A stretch of DNA of 64,000 nt from the IMG/VR virus record IMGVR_UViG_3300025327_000717, positions 8,954 to 72,953 of that record. One strand, given 5' to 3'. Shown one piece after another: positions 58,154 to 64,000 of the stretch. Numbering within the stretch: position 1 is the stretch's first letter; each line of letters opens with the position of its first letter. The notes under the pieces were generated by a model that was given only the letters and a program-made list of their open reading frames with translations, was not told the origin of the DNA and did not search any database. The DNA is from a virus. The translations under genes were made by a program, and so were the position numbers.

Positions 58154-58506
58154 GCGTCCTCCTCCTCACTCTTCTCCTCCTCGCTCATCTCTGGCGAGTA
58201 GTGGAGTTCGTCGATGAGGTCGTTGAGTTTGCGGATGACCGGGTAGGGCTTCTTCCATAGCTCGCCACCAGCCATCTTCGGCTCGACGAGTGACTTGTCG
58301 AGCATGAGTTTGAACATCAGTGCGTTGTCGACGGTCGAGCGACCGTTCTCGCCATCGGTCGTCGCAGCTTTCAAGCACTTCTCATACTCGGTGGCATCGA
58401 GCTCTCGGAGGACGTAGGTCACCCCGCGCATCGTCGCGCGACGGGTCTTGAACTCACCATCCATGCTCTCGACGGATGGTTCACTGGGCGGCTTCACTAC
58501 TGGCAT
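58135..58506 (-). CDS. tail assembly chaperone (gpG-like)
   Basis: Between tail tube and tape measure; AAGGAG RBS. Confidence 0.75.
   Translation of the reverse strand: MPVVKPPSEPSVESMDGEFKTRRATMRGVTYVLRELDATEYEKCLKAATTDGENGRSTVDNALMFKLMLDKSLVEPKMAGGELWKKPYPVIRKLNDLIDELHYSPEMSEEEKSEEEDAGEAKA
58147..58153 (-). other. programmed -1 frameshift site GGGGGAA
   Basis: GCG GGG GAA at the end of the chaperone; -1 frame reads on into GSEGLTWMFQDMC. Confidence 0.8.
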
Positions 58507-58814
58507 AGCCTGACTCCTTGCATGTGTAGGGTACGTCGACCATCGAGGCTGATAGGGAAGCCCTCTGCCTGCTCGAGGAAGAAAGTCTCTTTCCCCAGAC
58601 CGACCGTGATGGTCTTCACGTAATCGTCGTCGCCCCACAGATGTGGGTTGACATAAGAAAAGACGGCGTGGAGATCGTACAAGTCCTCCCTCGGACCGTC
58701 GTCTCCACGCCGTGTGAGCGTCCAGCTCGAGAACGTCCCCACGAGGACGCCGAGCGATTCGATGCGTATCTCTCCGGTCTTGCCGGATACGCGTTGGAAG
58801 ATGCCTTTCGCCAT
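58497..58814 (-). CDS. hypothetical tail-module protein
   Basis: RBS GAGGGAG; weakly tube-like N-terminus (SGKTGEI). Confidence 0.6.
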   Translation of the reverse strand: MAKGIFQRVSGKTGEIRIESLGVLVGTFSSWTLTRRGDDGPREDLYDLHAVFSYVNPHLWGDDDYVKTITVGLGKETFFLEQAEGFPISLDGRRTLHMQGVRLCQ

Positions 58815-58827
58815 GTCTCCCTCATGA

Positions 58828-58862
58828 GAGGGGGGCGGGTGTGATCGTTGACCGCCCCCCTC
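58828..58862 (-). terminator. hairpin after the tail tube gene
   Basis: gaggggggcgg / ccgcccccctc. Confidence 0.6.
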
Positions 58863-58870
58863 CCTAGAGG

Positions 58871-59293
58871 TTACAGGCTACCGGCTGAGAAGACTGCCCA
58901 TGCGGCGCTGGCGCGGAAGTTGCCGCTGACACGGACAGCATCCGCGTTGCTGACCGTGATGGATGAGTCGATGAGCGCGAGCCCAGACGCGACGAGCACA
59001 GCAGATGCTCCGTCATCCGCGTACAGGTAGAGCGGCACATCGTCGATGGATGTGTTGTTGACCATGAGGTCGCCCGAGACGTCGAGGACACCGTTGAAGG
59101 TGCCAGTGATGTCCTTCAGGCCGGCGACATACGTCTTGTTCGTGTCGCCGAACGTTGTCACCTCGACGTAGTCGCGCGCGAGGTTGAGGTCCCACTGGGA
59201 CTTGGTGGCCACTTTCGTGCCCGTGCCCTTCGGGCCGTTCACGTAGATGGCGCCGTTCTTTCCGTGGAGTTTCGTGCCGGCGTTGGCTGCCAT
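58871..59293 (-). CDS. major tail (tube) protein
   Basis: HGKNG, VEVTTFGD...YVAGLKD..G. Confidence 0.82.
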   Translation of the reverse strand: MAANAGTKLHGKNGAIYVNGPKGTGTKVATKSQWDLNLARDYVEVTTFGDTNKTYVAGLKDITGTFNGVLDVSGDLMVNNTSIDDVPLYLYADDGASAVLVASGLALIDSSITVSNADAVRVSGNFRASAAWAVFSAGSL

Positions 59294-59303
59294 GAGGGGA
59301 CTC

Positions 59304-59771
59304 CTATGCGATCACGGCATCGACCGTGAACCGATGTTCACGCTTGCCCTTGACTTGGCTCGTCTGGATCTCATACGAGCCACCAGTGCGATAGATCTTC
59401 TTCCCCTCTTCGTCGGACTCGGTCAAACGGATGTCACCGACCCGGTAGCAGATAAGGGTGTGTTGCCCGATGACGTTGAGCGGAGCCTCGTCGAGCTCCT
59501 CGTTCATGAGCTGGTCGAGGTTACTGGCCTCGACCGATGACCTCGAGACGATGACCACATCTCCCAGCGCGACGATCGTCCGCTCGCCCCACGTGTCTTC
59601 GTTGACACCAGGGACGACGGGCGTCCAAACGCAGTGCGGGTATGGCACCTTCTCGGCAGCGATCGCTTCGTGGATGTCGCCGACGATGGCGGCACGAAGG
59701 GTCGCGTTGGACCTGATACGCGCCACGAGGGCGCGCCAGATGTTCTGCGAGGTCAGATAGTTCGGCTGCAT
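59304..59771 (-). CDS. tail terminator / tail completion protein
   Basis: ALVARI...PYPHCV pattern and position; C-terminal FTVDAVIA. Confidence 0.72.
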   Translation of the reverse strand: MQPNYLTSQNIWRALVARIRSNATLRAAIVGDIHEAIAAEKVPYPHCVWTPVVPGVNEDTWGERTIVALGDVVIVSRSSVEASNLDQLMNEELDEAPLNVIGQHTLICYRVGDIRLTESDEEGKKIYRTGGSYEIQTSQVKGKREHRFTVDAVIA

Positions 59772-60655
59772 CAGTCTCCTTCCGCAGTCCCGGCCGGGAG
59801 GGCGTTGAAGCGCTTGTCCACAGCTTTGCTGACCTCGAATCGCAGGACGTTCCTGCTCTCATATAGTGCGGGCCTCAGGAACGGCTGGGCTCGGTTGTGG
59901 CGTGTCCCGAACTCCTGGTATGGCGCATACGGAGTCGGCGACTCGACGTACATCCACCATGACCCGCTGTGCTTCTCAGGACCCCTGATGCGAAGCTCGC
60001 CACGCAGCCGACCGCCAACCCGACCCTCGAAGAGCCCCCTACTGCGAGCACGCTTGACCTCATATCGACCCCTTGTCGAAAGGTGCGAACCCTGGATGGC
60101 GGCTCCGCGCCTAGCACTGAGGATCTTCGGTATGGCAGTCACACTGGAGCCTTGTGTGTATCCCGGGACCGGAAGCAGGCTTCTCGTGCTCGGATCGAAA
60201 CGTCGATAATCACCGATGGCGCGAAAGTGACCCTGTCTTAGGACCGGGATGAGCGTGTTCAGATGACCGGAGAAGGCCCCGCGTCGACCCAGTCGTGACC
60301 CCCTCTGTCCGCGTGCTGAGAGTTGCTGGAGGCTTTCATGCTGGAGCGATTCGAGTTGTGTCGGTCCTTGTGCCCTTCGGCCCTCAGACGTTCTTGCCGG
60401 AGGGGCTGGGGCGTCGGCGATATCGGTGACCCTGATGCGTCGCTCCTTCGAGCGCAGGAACGCTTGGTACCGTTGCCTCGAGCGCATCGTCACCCAAGAG
60501 CGTGGGACTTCTGGCCCTCTGCGCCCCCTCTCGAAGACGGCTCGGACAGGAGCATGATGCTGGGCTCGTCCGAGGGCATACTCGGTTGTCGCCCGAAGAC
60601 CAGCCAGTGCCCGGTCCTCGATATACGTCTTGACTCGTGCGAAGTCGAAGCTCAT
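59771..60655 (-). CDS. HK97 gp10-like neck protein with long basic insertion
   Basis: APV...GRLR...YAPYQEFGT...AQPFLRPAL. Confidence 0.8.
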   Translation of the reverse strand: MSFDFARVKTYIEDRALAGLRATTEYALGRAQHHAPVRAVFERGRRGPEVPRSWVTMRSRQRYQAFLRSKERRIRVTDIADAPAPPARTSEGRRAQGPTQLESLQHESLQQLSARGQRGSRLGRRGAFSGHLNTLIPVLRQGHFRAIGDYRRFDPSTRSLLPVPGYTQGSSVTAIPKILSARRGAAIQGSHLSTRGRYEVKRARSRGLFEGRVGGRLRGELRIRGPEKHSGSWWMYVESPTPYAPYQEFGTRHNRAQPFLRPALYESRNVLRFEVSKAVDKRFNALPAGTAEGD

Positions 60656-61032
60656 GTGACCCTCTTGAGATAGACCTCTGTCCACTCTGGCCACGTGTCT
60701 TCGGTGTTGGCCTCCATCACCGTGTACTCAGCACCAGCGATGGTCACCTGGTCTCGGGTCTCGATGACTGTCCCCACCGGGACTCGTAACGTGAAGTCAT
60801 GGATGGCCACGATCCGTTGCCCGTCCTCATCGAAGGAACGATCCATCGTGCTGATGAGCCAGCCCTTCACCGTCGTGGTCGTCGTAGCGAACGATGGCTC
60901 GGCTGCCCCGAAGGGGTTCGAGTCGTCGGAGCCATCGATGCCGACAGAGCGCCTGATCGTCACATCGACGGTCATGCCCTTCTCGCCAAGAGAGCGGATG
61001 GCGGCCATCTGTGAGGCCGTGAGAAGGCTCAC
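60652..61032 (-). CDS. head closure / head-tail adaptor
   Basis: Position; VPVGTVI...DQVTI.G.EYTV. Confidence 0.7.
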   Translation of the reverse strand: MSLLTASQMAAIRSLGEKGMTVDVTIRRSVGIDGSDDSNPFGAAEPSFATTTTTVKGWLISTMDRSFDEDGQRIVAIHDFTLRVPVGTVIETRDQVTIAGAEYTVMEANTEDTWPEWTEVYLKRVT

Positions 61033-61910
61033 CGGACGGTGATGAAGTGATAGCCGTCGAGAAGCTGCTTGGCTTCGTTGGGCAGGTCGACGGACTGATT
61101 GCTGATAGCGGCCCGGGCACGGGGCCGCTCGATGGAGATCTCCCCGACTCGGAGGGCTTCGACACCACTCATGCCCTTCTCGATGAGTTCTTTGTCACCG
61201 ACCGATCTGGCGACCGTGAGGCCAGAGGCTTGCGCGACCTCGCTCGGCAAGGTGTAGCCATAAGAGACCGTGATGACGGAGGCCTCAGCCTGCTGGGTCG
61301 TCATCGTGACGATGCCCTCGTTCTTGTCGACGGAGAACCCTGTCGTCTGTGTCACGCCATCCTTCTTGACAGTGACTGCATCGGCGTTCCAGAACTGGTT
61401 CTGGGCTCGGTACACCATGCCTTCGGTGTTGGCGAGCACCTCATCGACGGCATCGAAGTCGTAGTTGTAGGCGTAAGAGATCCTGGCGATGGCTGTCTCG
61501 AGACCGACGACCGGGATGGCGAAGGCCCCGAAAAGCCCGATGGACGTCTGGGCCAGGCTGATGATCTGGACGTTGTTCCTGGTGACGAAGAGTTCGTCGA
61601 CGTCAAGCTCGACGTACTGAGTGTTGGTGATGTAGACACGCAAGGATGAGACCGAACGTAGCGGCTTGGATCGCACCCAGATGACACGGGTAGGCATCTC
61701 AGAGATACCGTCACCAAGACGGAACTGGTGCTCTTCATCGGTGACCGTCCCGCCCCTGAAGGAATACCTGTCGGGGACCACGGGGATGGCACAGTAGCGG
61801 TCCACGGCCAGGGTCGCTCGGTTGATGAGCGAGAGAAGGTACTCGTCATCGAGATCCGAGGTCCCGAAGCCCATCGAGCGATATCGCTCAGGCGTCAGGT
61901 ACGGAAGCAT
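61029..61910 (-). CDS. head-tail connector with inserted domain
   Basis: YLT...LINRATLAVDRYC, YGY.LPSEVAQA, LLDGY. Confidence 0.75.
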   Translation of the reverse strand: MLPYLTPERYRSMGFGTSDLDDEYLLSLINRATLAVDRYCAIPVVPDRYSFRGGTVTDEEHQFRLGDGISEMPTRVIWVRSKPLRSVSSLRVYITNTQYVELDVDELFVTRNNVQIISLAQTSIGLFGAFAIPVVGLETAIARISYAYNYDFDAVDEVLANTEGMVYRAQNQFWNADAVTVKKDGVTQTTGFSVDKNEGIVTMTTQQAEASVITVSYGYTLPSEVAQASGLTVARSVGDKELIEKGMSGVEALRVGEISIERPRARAAISNQSVDLPNEAKQLLDGYHFITVR

Positions 61911-61953
61911 GTCTCCTCCGCAGGATGTACGATATGGGGATGGAGGTAAAGCC

Positions 61954-62499
61954 ATGCCCAAAGGTGTGTATCAACGTACCTATAACCCAGCCACCAACTT
62001 TCCTCATCGAGAACGAGTCCCTTGGCAAGATCGGTTCTGGGCGAAGGTGGACAAGAACGGCCCAGTGGTCGACGAGACCATCGGACCATGTTGGGTCTGG
62101 ACCGCCGCCATAGACGGCCGGGGATATGGAAAGTTGCAACTTGGCACACTCGCTGCGCCAAGGCTGGTATCTGCTCATCGCTTGGCCTGGAGATTGGCCG
62201 AGGGAGTCGATCCCCCTCGGCACATCCTTCATCACTGCGATAACAAGAGATGCGTCAGAAGGTCGCACCTCTTTGATGGGGGCCCCGCTGACAACATGGC
62301 TGACAAGGTGGCGAAATCACGCCAACGGCGTGGTGTTGATATCTCACAGTCGAAGTTGACCGAGGCCCAAGTCGCAGAGGTCAGGGACCTTTACGCCCGC
62401 GGGCTGATCAACCAGTCTGGTGCCGCCCGTTCCTACGGTGTTTCCGTCACTACGATCAACAACGTGGTTCACCGCAAGACGTGGCGGCACCTTGGCTGA
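61954..62499 (+). CDS. HNH homing endonuclease (antisense in head module)
   Basis: RFWAKV, CWVW, AHRLAW, HHCDNKRCV..HL; GGAGG RBS. Confidence 0.88.
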   Translation: MPKGVYQRTYNPATNFPHRERVPWQDRFWAKVDKNGPVVDETIGPCWVWTAAIDGRGYGKLQLGTLAAPRLVSAHRLAWRLAEGVDPPRHILHHCDNKRCVRRSHLFDGGPADNMADKVAKSRQRRGVDISQSKLTEAQVAEVRDLYARGLINQSGAARSYGVSVTTINNVVHRKTWRHLG

Positions 62500-62513
62500 C
62501 TGTCTTAGGGATA

Positions 62514-63845
62514 TTACGCTACCTTGATTCTGACCTTGTTAGAAAACGGGATAGCCTTGACTGCGAATCCCCACATCCCGAAGATCACGTACAGGTGCGT
62601 CAACTGCCCGGCGATGCCGATGGGGATGTCCAGGACCGTGGGGCCCTCACTCCCGAGATACGGCAACGACATGGTCGACTCGTCGCACAGGTAGGCGTCA
62701 CGCACCGTGTTGCCACTGTACGTATCCGTCGCCGTGTATGAGGCGATGGAGTTTCCCGGCACCGGCCCGAAGGGCAAGCGTCCGAAGGACGTCATCACGC
62801 CATCCACGATGACACCAGGAGCCACGGCAAGCTGCTGGCCAGGCCAACGCTGCAGGGCTTCCTGCTGCTCGCTGAACGTATCGATGTCCAGTGGGTTGGC
62901 CCAGATGATCTCCGGCTTCCCACCACCCTGCTGCATGATCTCTGTCGCAGCATCGGCGAACGCACGACGGAGTGACCCTGTCGTGGTCGGGTCCGTTGCC
63001 GGATCGACGTTGACCGCACGGGCGGTGTTGAGGATCGAGCGGAGGCCTGTGAACGCGTTGGCGTCGTAGAGGCCGAGCTCGTTGGCTGCCGTGCCACCCG
63101 AGTCTGTCGAGTGACCCGAGAAGATCTGGTCCTGCATGGTCTTCGCCATGGCGCGAAGGCCCTGCTGGAGTTCGAGGTTCAGAGGGTTGAAGCCAGAGCC
63201 CGACTGAAGAGCAGCGAACTGGTTCTTCAGCGAGACACCACGTCGTGTCGCCACGATGGCGACGTTCGCGGTCTGGCGAACGTAGGTGGCCTGGTCGTCC
63301 GGCACGGTCCCCAGCTCGCCGATGAACGAAGCGCCACCGAACGAGGTGATCTGCTGGTAGGTATGCACGAGGCCGTTGGCCGGCTCCTTGGGCATCCTGT
63401 CCCAGGCAGGCATCTCGCGGACGAAGAGTTCGTACAGGACCGGCTCGAGGTCCTGCCGGATGAGGGCAGCACCACCGCTCGTGTCGAGCAACTTCTGAAT
63501 CTCGGGGTCGATCCCCGAGGTCGCTAGGTTTCCATATGCGGCGGCCCGAGCCTGTCCACCGGCCATGAGCCAGGCTTCGTAGGGGATCCCGGATCCGCGC
63601 TTGGCTGCCTGCAACGCGAACATCGCGTGCAGTTCTGGCAAGCTCTTCTTCGACAACATCTCGCGCATCGCGAACATGTCCGAAGGGGACATGATCGACC
63701 GCGATGGAGAGGCCTGCATGGCCCCGTCCTCGACTCCCTGCGTCACCGCAGGGGCCACGAGTGGTGTCGGAGTGCTCGCCTGCGCTCCAATCAGTTCCTT
63801 GAGTTCGTCAAGGGACCGCTGGAGCGCTTCGAGTGTCACTGACAT
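62514..63845 (-). CDS. major capsid protein
   Basis: LDTSGGAALIRQDLE, FTGLR; size and position upstream of connector. Confidence 0.85.
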   Translation of the reverse strand: MSVTLEALQRSLDELKELIGAQASTPTPLVAPAVTQGVEDGAMQASPSRSIMSPSDMFAMREMLSKKSLPELHAMFALQAAKRGSGIPYEAWLMAGGQARAAAYGNLATSGIDPEIQKLLDTSGGAALIRQDLEPVLYELFVREMPAWDRMPKEPANGLVHTYQQITSFGGASFIGELGTVPDDQATYVRQTANVAIVATRRGVSLKNQFAALQSGSGFNPLNLELQQGLRAMAKTMQDQIFSGHSTDSGGTAANELGLYDANAFTGLRSILNTARAVNVDPATDPTTTGSLRRAFADAATEIMQQGGGKPEIIWANPLDIDTFSEQQEALQRWPGQQLAVAPGVIVDGVMTSFGRLPFGPVPGNSIASYTATDTYSGNTVRDAYLCDESTMSLPYLGSEGPTVLDIPIGIAGQLTHLYVIFGMWGFAVKAIPFSNKVRIKVA

Positions 63846-63846
63846 C

Positions 63847-64000
63847 TCACTTCTCCAACATCTTCATGAACTCGGTCCCATAGACGGACACGAGATGCGA
63901 GATCTTGGATCCCTGCTCTCGGATGGCCGTCTTGCGACCGAGGGGCATATCGCCCACGGCCTCGATGACCTGTGCGGTGTCGGCAAGGATCCTGCCGGTC
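63847..64000 (-). CDS. partial CDS upstream of capsid (probably protease/scaffold)
   Basis: Open frame running off the window edge, ending just before the capsid start. Confidence 0.45.
   Translation of the reverse strand, partial: TGRILADTAQVIEAVGDMPLGRKTAIREQGSKISHLVSVYGTEFMKMLEK

Overview
GC-rich tailed-phage (Caudoviricetes, siphovirus-like) sequence that looks like most of one circularly permuted genome. The minus-strand virion operon is split across the window edges. The left end carries terminase small/large subunits, HK97-type portal, a Thr-rich virion protein, then a glycosyltransferase, two SAM methyltransferases and an NAD epimerase. The right end carries major capsid, connector, closure, neck, tail terminator, tail tube, chaperones with a -1 frameshift, tape measure, tail proteins and lysis genes. 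9-17 kb is a minus-strand run of small modular genes joined by a repeated stop/RBS/start motif. 17-43 kb is a plus-strand early/middle region of many small hypotheticals plus SSB, RadC/JAB, ParB-like, Pol-beta nucleotidyltransferase, SLOG, RtcB, PD-(D/E)XK nuclease, ERF recombinase, RusA and several homing endonucleases. I found no tRNA, CRISPR array, integrase, reverse transcriptase, DNA polymerase, primase or helicase. Most notable observations: (1) a perfect 62-bp inverted repeat linking the 5' end of the large tail gene to a small early gene 11 kb away; (2) a gene-boundary repeat/cassette array; (3) a probable virion-glycosylation cluster in the head module; (4) an F-T-V-D-A repeat shared by two tail proteins and the tail-terminator C-terminus; (5) an 11-bp-phased GTGNCAC operator/promoter family; (6) an orphan, degenerate QueD; (7) several structured non-coding blocks. 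All product calls come from motif recognition by eye; no database searches were run.
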